A DNA stretch of 64,000 bases from an uncultured Pseudomonadota bacterium (GTDB lineage Bacteria; Vulcanimicrobiota; Vulcanimicrobiia; Eremiobacterales; Eremiobacteraceae). The stretch spans positions 1,600,001 through 1,664,000 of the forward strand of contig CAVTNB010000001.1 in assembly GCA_963736005.1 (NCBI GenBank), written 5' to 3'. A model generated the notes under the pieces. It was not told the DNA's origin and ran no database searches. It worked only from the letters and a program-made list of their open reading frames with translations. Shown here in pieces: positions 17,820 to 27,402 of this stretch (within the stretch, counting starts at the first letter, position 1; the number at the start of each line of letters is the position of its first letter). The position numbers and the translations under genes are program-made.

Positions 17820-18527
17820 ATGCTCCTTGTGCAAGAGTCCTCTGCATTACGGATGATCGATGCCGGAGAAGGGCACTTGATCTATGGCCTGCTGCCGTCG
17901 CGCGTCGCCATACCGTCGGTTCCGCGGGCGTGGCACGTTTACAAACGTATAACCGATGTCAGCATGGCGCTTGGACTGCTCATCCTCACCGCGCCCGCCA
18001 TTATCGCCGCCGCAATAGCGATAGTCCTTGTGTCGAGGGGATCCCCTATCTTTTCACAAGCGCGCGTGGGTAAGGACGGCAGAATTTTCAAAATGTATAA
18101 GTTGCGGACTATGTTCCACGGCGCCCATCTGCTGCACGACAAAATGCGCGCGCTCAATAGCGTGAACGGCCCCGTCTTGAAAATAAAGAATGACCCACGG
18201 GTTATTCCCATAGGCTCGTTCCTCCGCCGCTATAGCATCGATGAACTACCGAATCTATGGAATGTCTTGCTTGGCGAAATGTCGCTCGTCGGGCCACGAC
18301 CGCCCTTGCCAAGCGAAGTTGCAAATTACGACGTTCGCGCATTCCGCCGGTTGACACTGAAGCCGGGTGTCACGTGCCTCTGGCAGATCTCGGGTCGCTC
18401 AGATCTTTCTTTTGATCAGTGGATTGACCTTGATAACCGCTACATCGACAACTGGTCGCCTTTTCTGGACCTGCAGATTATTGCCGCAACCGTGCCGGCG
18501 GTTCTGAAAGCTCGGGGTGCATACTAA
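17820..18527 (+). CDS. Priming phosphoglycosyl transferase (Bac_transf family)
   Basis: KR..D, YKLRTM, DPRV..IG.FLRRYSIDELP, GEMSLVGPRP, KPGVTCLWQISGR. Confidence 0.95.
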   Translation: MLLVQESSALRMIDAGEGHLIYGLLPSRVAIPSVPRAWHVYKRITDVSMALGLLILTAPAIIAAAIAIVLVSRGSPIFSQARVGKDGRIFKMYKLRTMFHGAHLLHDKMRALNSVNGPVLKIKNDPRVIPIGSFLRRYSIDELPNLWNVLLGEMSLVGPRPPLPSEVANYDVRAFRRLTLKPGVTCLWQISGRSDLSFDQWIDLDNRYIDNWSPFLDLQIIAATVPAVLKARGAY

Positions 18528-19675
18528 TGAGAGCGAGCGAGCCCCGAATCGCTATCGTAAGCGACGCGATGACACAACGCGGTGGTGCTGAGAGAGTTGT
18601 GGAGGCGCTCGCAGAGCTGTTCCCCGATGCGCCGATTTTTCCCATTCTTTATTCCGCACAGACGGGACCGCGGTCGCTGCAGTCGCGTGTACGCCCCTCG
18701 TTTTTGAATGCGCTCCCTGGAGCTCAACGGCACCACCGTTGGTACTTTCCGTTGTTTCCGCTTGCCGTTGAGAGCTTCGACCTCAGCGGCTACGATATCA
18801 TTATCTCTTCGCACCACTGCGCCGCAAAGGGCGTCCTCCGCAGCGGGTGCCAGACCCACATCTGCTACTGCCATTCGCCAATGCGCGCGTTGTGGGAGCG
18901 AACGCACGAGGAAGTCAACACGCTGCCCTCACCGATGCGCCTTGGGGCCGACATTATGCTTTCTCGCATGCGCCAGTGGGATTACATTGCCGCTTCGCGC
19001 GTGGACCGCTTCATTGCGAACAGCTTCGAAACGCGCAATCGCATCGCAAAACATTACGGTCGTGAAAGCACAGTCGTCAATCCACCCATCGATGTGGAGA
19101 AATTCAAGCCGCTAGGAAGGGTGGGAAACCCAGGAACCTATTATATCGTGGCGTCGCGACCGGTCCCATACAAGCGAATTGACATCGCGGTCGGCGCTGC
19201 CAGAAAACTTCGTCGAAGATTGGTCGTCGTAGGCGGTCAAAAGCCAGACCACGCGGCAGATGATGGATGCGTTCAGTTTCTCGGCCATGTTTCGGACCAG
19301 CGTCTGGTGGAACTTATTCGTGGTGCTCGCGCGATGATTGCTCCCCAGCATGAGGACTTCGGGATGGCCCTTCTCGAGGCCAATGCATGCGGACGACCCG
19401 TCATTTCCTTAGCGCGCGGCGGCGCTGTGGAGACGGTCATTGATGGAACAACAGGAGTTCTGGTCAAGGAGCAAAGCGTCGACGCGTTTGCCGCAGCGCT
19501 AGAGCGTTTCGAGCTCATGAGCTTCGATCCGCACGCAATCCGGCGCCACGCCGAGAGGTTTAGCAAGAGCTCCTTCATGCAGGCGTTCGAGAACATTGTC
19601 TATGCCGCGCACGAACAGTCCGCGTTTTATTGGCAATTTCCGAATGCTCCTCTGGCCGTTAGAGCCGGCGTGTAA
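18527..19675 (+). CDS. Glycosyltransferase family 4
   Basis: RGGAERV, CYCHSPMR, SRPVPYKRID, EDFGMALLEANACG. Confidence 0.92.
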   Translation: MRASEPRIAIVSDAMTQRGGAERVVEALAELFPDAPIFPILYSAQTGPRSLQSRVRPSFLNALPGAQRHHRWYFPLFPLAVESFDLSGYDIIISSHHCAAKGVLRSGCQTHICYCHSPMRALWERTHEEVNTLPSPMRLGADIMLSRMRQWDYIAASRVDRFIANSFETRNRIAKHYGRESTVVNPPIDVEKFKPLGRVGNPGTYYIVASRPVPYKRIDIAVGAARKLRRRLVVVGGQKPDHAADDGCVQFLGHVSDQRLVELIRGARAMIAPQHEDFGMALLEANACGRPVISLARGGAVETVIDGTTGVLVKEQSVDAFAAALERFELMSFDPHAIRRHAERFSKSSFMQAFENIVYAAHEQSAFYWQFPNAPLAVRAGV

Positions 19676-19696
19676 AACCAGGCGGGGACAATTCCT

Positions 19697-21049
19697 ATGG
19701 AAATCAGATCAGTTTTGCAGACACTTTGGCACCAGCGGTCGGCCATTGCGATGGTGCTTGCAGTTGGTGTCGCTGTTGCGTTGGCTGCCGACATGCGCGT
19801 GCAGCCCACATACACGGCGACTGCCTCCGTGTTGATGGTGCCGGGTACCAACGAGAGCGACGGCGCTCCAACGACGACGACAAAGCCGTTGCTCTCTGAC
19901 GACCTTCCAATGCTTGCGCAAACCAACACCGTACTGGATCGAGTGTCGCGCGACATGGGGAGCTCCGTCGGTCCGGAATCACTGTATCGTCGCATTCGGA
20001 CGGATGTTTATCAAAACTCGAACGTCATGACGATCCGGTTTGCCGATGCTAGCGCGCAGCAAGCGGTGAGGGGAGCCAACGCGGTCGCCGACGAGGTAGT
20101 GCACTACTATCGCGAAATAGCGACGAGTCGTTTCGATTCGCTCGCCGCGGATATCAAACAGCAAATCGCAGGCCGACAGCAGGAGCTACAAACCATCGAT
20201 GCGGCGCTGAAAAAGTCGACGGCAGCCTACCCGTATATTGAGGATGGAGCCGGTTCGAGCGACGCCACATCAATGAATGCGCGCCTTATCCATTTGCTGG
20301 CCGAACGCGATGAGCTCTTGGCAACGTTGTCCGGTGATGCCGCTCAAGCTGACGTCACGGATCAGCGCACGAGCGAGGTCACTCCCCTTGCGCGTCAACA
20401 AGCGGCCAATGATGATCCAATGTATCGAAATGTACGGGAGCAGTACGGCAGAGACGCGACACAGCTTCGTCTCGATCAGACGCGATTTTCATCCAACTAT
20501 CCCGGACTCGCCGAACTCCAAGACATAGTCAACCGTGAGCAGGCGCGGCTTTTCGGCGATGAGCACAGACTTGCAGCACAGTCGCTTTCAGGAACACAGC
20601 CGTATGCTGACGCACTGGCCGAACAAAACCATGCCCACTCCCTTGTCGCAAATGATCGAGCGAAGCTTCAACAGCTTCAGAGTACGATTGTCGCATTGCA
20701 AGCCCAGCTTGGGAAAGCATCATCGCGCGGCACGGAAGTGGAAGCCTTACGCCGCCAGCGTGCATCGGCCGAAAGCGCCTATCAGCTCCTTTCGACACGC
20801 TTGATTACGGCGCTCGCCGACCGAGCAGCCGCCGCCTCAACAGGCTCGCTGATGGTCTTCGATCGCGCATCGTACGCGGGGCGCTCGCCCTATACCCGAC
20901 CTGCGGTGATAACAACGGCGGTAATGATCGTCACGCTATGGATAGCGATCACGCTTGCCTTCCTTCTCGAGGCGCTCGATCGTCGATTCCGTACGCCCGC
21001 AACTATTGAAAGTGTTTATGGTTCTCCAGTTCTTGGAGTCGTAGGGTAA
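19697..21049 (+). CDS. Polysaccharide co-polymerase / chain-length determinant (Wzz/GumC-like)
   Basis: N-terminal TM plus PTYTATASV, long coiled coil, YPGL, C-terminal TM then LDRRFRT...PVLG. Confidence 0.85.
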   Translation: MEIRSVLQTLWHQRSAIAMVLAVGVAVALAADMRVQPTYTATASVLMVPGTNESDGAPTTTTKPLLSDDLPMLAQTNTVLDRVSRDMGSSVGPESLYRRIRTDVYQNSNVMTIRFADASAQQAVRGANAVADEVVHYYREIATSRFDSLAADIKQQIAGRQQELQTIDAALKKSTAAYPYIEDGAGSSDATSMNARLIHLLAERDELLATLSGDAAQADVTDQRTSEVTPLARQQAANDDPMYRNVREQYGRDATQLRLDQTRFSSNYPGLAELQDIVNREQARLFGDEHRLAAQSLSGTQPYADALAEQNHAHSLVANDRAKLQQLQSTIVALQAQLGKASSRGTEVEALRRQRASAESAYQLLSTRLITALADRAAAASTGSLMVFDRASYAGRSPYTRPAVITTAVMIVTLWIAITLAFLLEALDRRFRTPATIESVYGSPVLGVVG

Positions 21050-21061
21050 GGAGTACTCATC

Positions 21062-21934
21062 ATGGCCAATAATGATCAGTCCTACCAATCGCTGCGCGTC
21101 ATGCTCGATGCCAAATTGCCCAATACGGCTATGGTCGTCGTCTCATCGGCTTGTGGTGAAGATGGCCAAGCAGAGTTGGCGCATGGCCTTGCGCATGCGT
21201 TCATTGATTCGGGCCGGAAAACTGCGCTCATCAGCCTTTACAGTCCTGGTGACGCTCGCTCGCGCTGTATGACCGATCTCGATCCTCGCACTTTCGCCGG
21301 TCACTTTTTTCAAGCTCCACTCACACCCATTGCATTGGATTCCCTCGTTGCCGATGTGCGAGCCGAACACGAAATCGTGATCGTAGCCAGTCCCCCCATA
21401 ATCACAGAAAGCGCGTCGCTGCATTTGTGTCGGATCGCCGATGGTGTGCTGCTTGCCGTGCGACTGGGCCGAAAAGTGACGGCCGACGATGAGAACACCG
21501 TGGCGCAGCTGCAACGTGTCGCAGCGACGCTCCTAGGAGTCATCGCGGTTCGCCCGCCAGCGGAAAGAGCCACGGAATCTCCCGACATCGCCATCGCCCG
21601 AGACAAAGATCTCGAAACCGCACCAATGCTCAAGGTTCGCGCCTGGATTGCGACCGCGTTGCGATCACCGATTCTCGCGCGCCACTGGTTTATCGACCGT
21701 ATCAACGCCCGTAATGGTGAAGCCGGGCATGTATCGCTCGGAATGTTTCGTTTGTGGCCATCGCGCAGCTTCAATCGATCGCGGGAATCATCTCCGCCGC
21801 CAACGACAGAACCTTTTCCGCTACCCGAGCTGCACCAAGCTCCTCCTATCGCTATGGAGATTCCTAGTTTGCCTCTACCCCCCTACTATACCAATCTCTT
21901 GGATGAATGCGACCGCAGCGCACGCGCAGGGTAA
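21062..21934 (+). CDS. CpsD/CapB-like BY-kinase homolog, degenerate
   Basis: YQSLR, VVVSSACGEDGQ (Walker A without Lys), IVIVASPP (DxPP Asp lost), ADGVLLAVR, LLGVI. Confidence 0.7.
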   Translation: MANNDQSYQSLRVMLDAKLPNTAMVVVSSACGEDGQAELAHGLAHAFIDSGRKTALISLYSPGDARSRCMTDLDPRTFAGHFFQAPLTPIALDSLVADVRAEHEIVIVASPPIITESASLHLCRIADGVLLAVRLGRKVTADDENTVAQLQRVAATLLGVIAVRPPAERATESPDIAIARDKDLETAPMLKVRAWIATALRSPILARHWFIDRINARNGEAGHVSLGMFRLWPSRSFNRSRESSPPPTTEPFPLPELHQAPPIAMEIPSLPLPPYYTNLLDECDRSARAG

Positions 21935-21967
21935 GATACAAAGCCACTGAGCGAAAGTAATCACGTC

Positions 21968-23335
21968 ATGACGAACCACACAAATTTGAAATCACGTGCC
22001 ATGTGGTGGTACTGCAGCGCCATTTTGGTCTTTTGGGTGGTTTATCCAGAGATTCGGCGGCTGCTGGATTGGCGCGCTGGGTTTCATGCCTCTCAGATCC
22101 TGGATATTGTGCCGTTGCTCGGCATGGCTGTCTTTGCGCTGGCACTGACGTTTCGCGGACCCATCGTTGTATCGCCGCGCATAGTTCTGCTCTCGTGGAT
22201 TTGGATAGGCAGCTTCGTCTATGCGGGGGTGATTGGGTTGCTTTTGGGGCACGGCTCATCCTCGTTGTACGACTTCTTGCAGTTTGTGGCACCCGTGGTC
22301 ATCGCACTATGGCTTGCGTCCAGCACCCACGCCTTTGCGCACGCGTTCGAACGGTTGTCCACACTCATTCTATGGATCGCCGTCGCCGTGAGCATATATG
22401 GAATTTTTCAATTTGCAGCTTTGCCACCGTGGGACGCCGCCTGGGTGAGGGACGTCGCCACCATCCGCCACATGGTCACCAATGGAGGGTCGCAGCCGTT
22501 TGAGGTACGCGTATTCAGCGTGCTCAATTCCGCCGGACCGTGCGCAAGTTTTCTCGCGGTAGCAATCGCTCTGAATCTTTACCGATTGAAAGATAAACAG
22601 GTCGTTCCGCTGGTTGGTATGGCGTTGTGCGTCGTTACGCTGATGTTAACGCTGGAACGTTCAGCCTGGATCTCGTTGGCGGTTGCCATCGCCGTGTATT
22701 TGCTCTTCAGCCCAAACGCGTGGCGCACGGCCTCCGTAGGGCTCGCCTGCGGCATTAGCGTGGCAGCGTTCTTTTGGCTCACATCTCCTTGGGTGACTTC
22801 GCACACCGGCCAAAATAGCATCGCCGAACGCTTCGGCACCTTTAGTCAGCTCGATAGGGATTCTTCGCTAAACGCTCGTGTGGCGTCAACGACCGACCTA
22901 TTGAGCGACGGCATAACATACCCCATGGGAGAGGGTCTGGGGATCATCGGTGCGGCAGCGCAGCTCACAAGCTTTACGGAATCGATCAATGCGATAGACG
23001 GTGGATTGCAAGCGCGCTTTGCCGAGATGGGCTTCGCCGGATTCATCGGGTACATCGCGACCTTACTGCTGGCGTTGACTTTCGTGCTCGCGAGGTGGAG
23101 ACAAGCGAGACGGTCGGGAAACCATACCGAATGCGCTGCTTTTGCTGCGCTTCTCGCGGTTCAGATGATGCTGATCGTGTTGGATTTTTCCATCGACTCC
23201 CATACCGGTTTGCTAGGCGCGTTGTTCTGGCTGACTGTGGGAATTTCGTTGTCGCGCCAAAATGCTCCGGCCAAAGAGGTTGCCGGCGAGGCAACCTTTA
23301 CTCGCCATGTTCCCACGCTGGCTAGCGTCGGTTAA
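21968..23335 (+). CDS. O-antigen ligase / Wzy-like polymerase
   Basis: Polytopic; RVFSVLNSAG, LTLERSAW, S...R, PMGEGLG, AEMGFAG (Wzy_C-like). Confidence 0.8.
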   Translation: MTNHTNLKSRAMWWYCSAILVFWVVYPEIRRLLDWRAGFHASQILDIVPLLGMAVFALALTFRGPIVVSPRIVLLSWIWIGSFVYAGVIGLLLGHGSSSLYDFLQFVAPVVIALWLASSTHAFAHAFERLSTLILWIAVAVSIYGIFQFAALPPWDAAWVRDVATIRHMVTNGGSQPFEVRVFSVLNSAGPCASFLAVAIALNLYRLKDKQVVPLVGMALCVVTLMLTLERSAWISLAVAIAVYLLFSPNAWRTASVGLACGISVAAFFWLTSPWVTSHTGQNSIAERFGTFSQLDRDSSLNARVASTTDLLSDGITYPMGEGLGIIGAAAQLTSFTESINAIDGGLQARFAEMGFAGFIGYIATLLLALTFVLARWRQARRSGNHTECAAFAALLAVQMMLIVLDFSIDSHTGLLGALFWLTVGISLSRQNAPAKEVAGEATFTRHVPTLASVG

Positions 23336-24552
23336 GTTCGGCCTGCGACTACCGGTATGTTTGTTTCGGCGATCGCTGCACGCGGCGGAAGAGCAGCAGC
23401 CTTGGACCATGTGCGTTTCAAGCTGGCGCGCCGAATGATTTCAAAAAACGCGTTTGCCAGCCGATCGGCATCGTGCCGCTGAGCGTAAACTCTCGCTGCG
23501 GCCCCAGCGCGCCGTAAGGCAACTGGATCGGCCGCGTACGCAACCATCGCCGCCGCAAAGGCGTCGACATTTCCGGCCGGGACGACAGTTCCGGTAACGG
23601 CTGGCAAAACGGCTTCGTTTGCCCCACCCTCGTCGAAACACAACACCGGAACGCCGTACAGGGCAGCCTCGACTGAGGTTCGCCCGAATCCTTCCGCGGA
23701 CGAAGCGTTGCAGAGGAGGTCGCTTGCCGCGTAGGCGACTCTCGGATCATCGAGCCACGGAATGAACGACACGCGTTCCGTGATGCCAAGTTGTGCGGTG
23801 AGTCTTGCGAGTTCGGGTACAAAACCGTGATCCTGTAGAAACGTCGGTGATCCCACGATCGCAAAATGGACGTTGGAGATTTGACTTTCGCACACGCGCG
23901 CTGCAGCGCGGACAAAACAATCTTGGCCCTTTATACGAGCAATACGACCCACAATCGAAAAAATCAACTTCTCGGGCGGAAGGCCGAGCGATGCCTTGGC
24001 CGTTTCCGCCGACGGCGCAGGACCATAAGTAGGGAGATCGAGGGGCGGGACCAACGCCGTCGAGCGCGGGAGCCCAAGGTGGCGTACGACTGCTCGCGAG
24101 CAGCCGATTCGCTCTGTCGCGCAGGTTCGGCTAACGAAACGAATGAGTTTGAGCGTGAAACCGTCCGGGAGTTCTTTTAACCATGTAACGACAGGAATGC
24201 CGCACAAACGCGCGGCGATCGCTCCCGCGATATGTGCCTTCATGCTGTTCGTTACGACAACGTCGACATCAACCAACCTTAACAGCTTCCGCAGGCGGAA
24301 TACTTGCAGGATCCCATCCAACGCGTGGCTCGCATCGATGTCCGCGCGCGACGCGGCCATCAGTCGGCGCGATGCCGGGACGATATGCACAGGAATGTTG
24401 AGGGCCCTCACGCGGTCTGCGTACGCACCCTCTTCAAACAGGAAAACGTAGGGATCTATATCACTTGGTATCCGGCGTAAGTAAGCCTCGAGGCTTCTCT
24501 CCGCCCCGGCTGGCACTCCGCCATAATGATTAATGAAGGCAACTCTTATCAT
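23332..24552 (-). CDS. Glycosyltransferase family 4
   Basis: GAERSL, VGRIARIKG, SAEGFGRTSVEAALYG. Confidence 0.92.
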   Translation of the reverse strand: MIRVAFINHYGGVPAGAERSLEAYLRRIPSDIDPYVFLFEEGAYADRVRALNIPVHIVPASRRLMAASRADIDASHALDGILQVFRLRKLLRLVDVDVVVTNSMKAHIAGAIAARLCGIPVVTWLKELPDGFTLKLIRFVSRTCATERIGCSRAVVRHLGLPRSTALVPPLDLPTYGPAPSAETAKASLGLPPEKLIFSIVGRIARIKGQDCFVRAAARVCESQISNVHFAIVGSPTFLQDHGFVPELARLTAQLGITERVSFIPWLDDPRVAYAASDLLCNASSAEGFGRTSVEAALYGVPVLCFDEGGANEAVLPAVTGTVVPAGNVDAFAAAMVAYAADPVALRRAGAAARVYAQRHDADRLANAFFEIIRRASLKRTWSKAAALPPRAAIAETNIPVVAGRT

Positions 24553-24652
24553 GTCGGCACGATCAGCGAGTACTGCAGGGGTTCAATGGTAACATGAATG
24601 TGGGTCCCATTCACCCCTCACCGGCGGGGATATTGCGGACCTTTGCTCTTCT

Positions 24653-25237
24653 CTACGCGTTGCTCCTGAGGGCCGGCTGCCAATTGAAGATCTTTGCCAG
24701 CATGTCTGCGCGATTGCGGGCGTTGGTCTTATTGTTGATGTGCTTGAAATGATCGAAAACCGTCACTTCTGCAATGTGGAGGTCCTCCGCGATTTCAGCT
24801 GCGCTCATACCGTCGAGTATCAAGTCAAGCACCTCTACTTCACGTGGCGTAAGCGAAAACCGTGTTACGGCCTCCTTTAGATCCTCGCGGCGCGCTTCTT
24901 TTTCGAAAAGGATCGCGTAGAAGCTGCCGACCTCTCCTGAGAGCGCGATGACGCGCAGAACGAGCCCGAACACAGGCCCAACCGGCTGCTCAAAAGCTGC
25001 AGCATTCTCACCCCGCCGTCGAATGATTTCAGCAACCGTGTCTCTTAGGGCGTCTGGCAGCATTCTCGGGTCATATGCCTGAAAATGTGTCTTCAACAGT
25101 GCTAGAGCACGTGAGTCGGCAAAGGCGACGTTGAGATCAGCATCTAGAACAATGACGTAAGGCCGAGATCGTCGCTTCAGCAGCGCTTTAAAGAGGTCAT
25201 CCGTTTGATGAGCTGATTGCGCCGCAAGAGAGCCCAT
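24653..25237 (-). CDS. LuxR-family transcriptional regulator (PAS-like N-domain + HTH)
   Basis: LTPREVEVLDLILDGMSAAEIAEDLHIAEVTV..H..HI..K. Confidence 0.92.
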   Translation of the reverse strand: MGSLAAQSAHQTDDLFKALLKRRSRPYVIVLDADLNVAFADSRALALLKTHFQAYDPRMLPDALRDTVAEIIRRRGENAAAFEQPVGPVFGLVLRVIALSGEVGSFYAILFEKEARREDLKEAVTRFSLTPREVEVLDLILDGMSAAEIAEDLHIAEVTVFDHFKHINNKTNARNRADMLAKIFNWQPALRSNA

Positions 25238-25653
25238 AAGAAAACCTCAGGAATGTCATAGTGACATCTTTGGGATCTCCGTGGAACTGAGCCTCTCCTT
25301 GGATTCCATCCAGGCTGCGACGATAGCTACGATATTACTGCGCACACGAATTGGTGTAAACAGTCATTGGTCCTGTATCCGGTTTTGCGACAAGTGGTTA
25401 AGCAATTTTTTTTCAGACTCGAACTGTTTCGGCGTGCCAGCGACGGAATCGTTTCGCTAAACGAATATCTTGCAGTAGACATTCACCCCCTACCAGTGGG
25501 GATATCGCGACATCACTTTGGGCCGACGAATAGCGCGAAGAGCACCTTATATTAAAGAGAATTCGCGGGAAGACCGGTGCGAATGCCAGCGGGCACGAAT
25601 TGATTCAACGCTTCGCCCATGTCCCGTTTCAACTTCAGTGAAAGCAGCCTGGT

Positions 25654-26418
25654 ATGGGATCGAACCTGAAACACAAATGGCATGAGCTTCGGAACACGGC
25701 GGATGCGTGGCAACTTCGCCTGAACGAAATCTCTCCCAGTGCACTGCAGAAGGGGTGCTTCTCCTGGCTTTCGATTGAAGAGCAGGCACATTGCGAGAGG
25801 TTTCGATCGGAACGGTCGCGACACGAGTATCTGGCGGCGCGTGCGCTATGCCGCGCGACGCTGTCGCGGTACACCGGCGTCGACCCCTCCCATTGGCGTT
25901 TCGGAACAAGTTCGCATGGCAAGCCAAAGATTATTGGACCGGCAGACTTCAAATCGCTGCGATTTAATTTGGCGCACACGAGTGGTTTGGTGATTTGCTT
26001 GGTTTCGCGCGCGGGCGAGGTGGGGGTAGACGCCGAGGAAACTTCACGCCTCGTCGACATCGCGCAAGTGGCTCGACATTTTCTTTCTCATCGGGAGCAG
26101 GCATGTTTGGCAAATCTGCCTGCGCATCTGCGCATCGCGCGATTCTTCAAGCAATGGGTATTGAGGGAAGCGTATCTCAAGGGCATCGGAAAGGGCATCG
26201 CTCCCGCGCCGGAACGGTTCACGGTCAGGCTCGGCGAAAACGATCAGCCGCTGCCAATCCGAAACTGGCAGTTTTTCTTATGCCGGCCAAGTGCAAAGCA
26301 TGTAGCTGCGGCGGCCGTCCGCCAGCGACGCGGAGCGGCTCCGGTTTCCGTCCGCTGGTTGAAGGCCGATGACCTATTCTTAGCTGGCGTCCCCAGCAAG
26401 GGAATCCAGCGGCGTTGA
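25654..26418 (+). CDS. Sfp-type 4'-phosphopantetheinyl transferase
   Basis: HGKP, LRFNLAHTSG, VGVDAE, FFKQWVLREAYLKGIG. Confidence 0.92.
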   Translation: MGSNLKHKWHELRNTADAWQLRLNEISPSALQKGCFSWLSIEEQAHCERFRSERSRHEYLAARALCRATLSRYTGVDPSHWRFGTSSHGKPKIIGPADFKSLRFNLAHTSGLVICLVSRAGEVGVDAEETSRLVDIAQVARHFLSHREQACLANLPAHLRIARFFKQWVLREAYLKGIGKGIAPAPERFTVRLGENDQPLPIRNWQFFLCRPSAKHVAAAAVRQRRGAAPVSVRWLKADDLFLAGVPSKGIQRR

Positions 26419-26522
26419 AGATCGCAAGTCCGTGGGATAGGGCTCCCGGCATGTCTTAGACGATCCGGTGAGCACGTTTCTCCGCTCTCTGCCAGCAATT
26501 TCTTAACACGAGCGGGCACTCA

Positions 26523-27056
26523 TCAAAGGCCGGTTGGGGTCCCGCCTCGGTTCGGCATCGCCATGGGATAGTGCGGCAGCTCGTTGTCGAGCTGTCCAAC
26601 CACTGCTTCCAGCGATTCCCGCAGCTTCTCGATTTCGTCCTTGCCAAACCGCTTCTCCCAGTGCATCTCGACGTCAGCGAGAAGCGGCTGCCACACCTTC
26701 CGGAGTTTGCGACTCCGTGCCGTGAGGCGAATGATCTTTGCCCGGTTGTCGGATGGACCCGGTTCCACAACGACCCAGCCGTGCCGCTCAAGGCACGCTA
26801 CCATGGTGTGGATCACCGATTTCGATACGCCGGAGAGCGCCGGGAGCCGCCGTTTGTCCACCCCCTGCTCACCGACGAATCGCAGGACGTTCGACCACAT
26901 CGCGAGCGAGGGCGCCGTCGTACCCACGCTCGCTGTGGTTCGAGTGAGATTGACCTCTCGGTCGAGTTCGATCGTGAACGCAATCAGCACTTGGGAGAGA
27001 AGAGCCGACAGAGGTAAACGTGAGGCTAGCGCAGAGCGCTTCAAACGGCGAGACAT
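26523..27056 (-). CDS. MarR-like winged-helix regulator
   Basis: LERHGWVVVEP...DNRAKIIRLTA. Confidence 0.75.
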   Translation of the reverse strand: MSRRLKRSALASRLPLSALLSQVLIAFTIELDREVNLTRTTASVGTTAPSLAMWSNVLRFVGEQGVDKRRLPALSGVSKSVIHTMVACLERHGWVVVEPGPSDNRAKIIRLTARSRKLRKVWQPLLADVEMHWEKRFGKDEIEKLRESLEAVVGQLDNELPHYPMAMPNRGGTPTGL

Positions 27057-27132
27057 CCCGCAAAATCCGACACTGCTGTTGTGGCTCCCTTCGTAGTCGT
27101 TTCGTCGCGGGCGTCTGAATCGTCCGTCTCAG

Positions 27133-27162
27133 AAAAAAGAAAACCACCCGCAACTGGGTGGT
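27133..27162 (-). terminator. Rho-independent terminator
   Basis: ACCACCC/GGGTGGT stem followed by a T-rich run on the minus strand. Confidence 0.65.
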
Positions 27163-27269
27163 ATCCGTATTGGCCTGTCGTTGGCGATGGTAGCATATTT
27201 AGGACCTTGATGCAAGTTAGAGAGGATCACGAGGCCTGACGCCGTGATCCCCTCCGAGCGAGCTCGGGC

Positions 27270-27314
27270 TAGAGGCGGCGGGAATCGAACCCGCCGTACG
27301 CGGTTTGACAGACC
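27270..27314 (-). other. tRNA/tmRNA 3'-end-like fragment (T-arm + acceptor strand), possible att relic
   Basis: Minus strand reads GGTCTGTCAAACC-GCGTACG-GCGGG TTCGATT CCCGC-CGCCTCT-A. Confidence 0.5.
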
Positions 27315-27402
27315 AATCGGTTTCATTTTGCCAGGGCGCTTTGCGCTGTGTGGTCGAAACTATGCGCCCGCCACTTCCGACGCGTGCTGGAGGATGCTGG
27401 TA

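Noticed and set aside
25240..25650. Possible c-di-GMP riboswitch or sRNA upstream of luxR
   Set aside because: No GEMM consensus visible; only a short ATGTCA-TAG-TGACAT inverted repeat (25253-25267), too weak to call.
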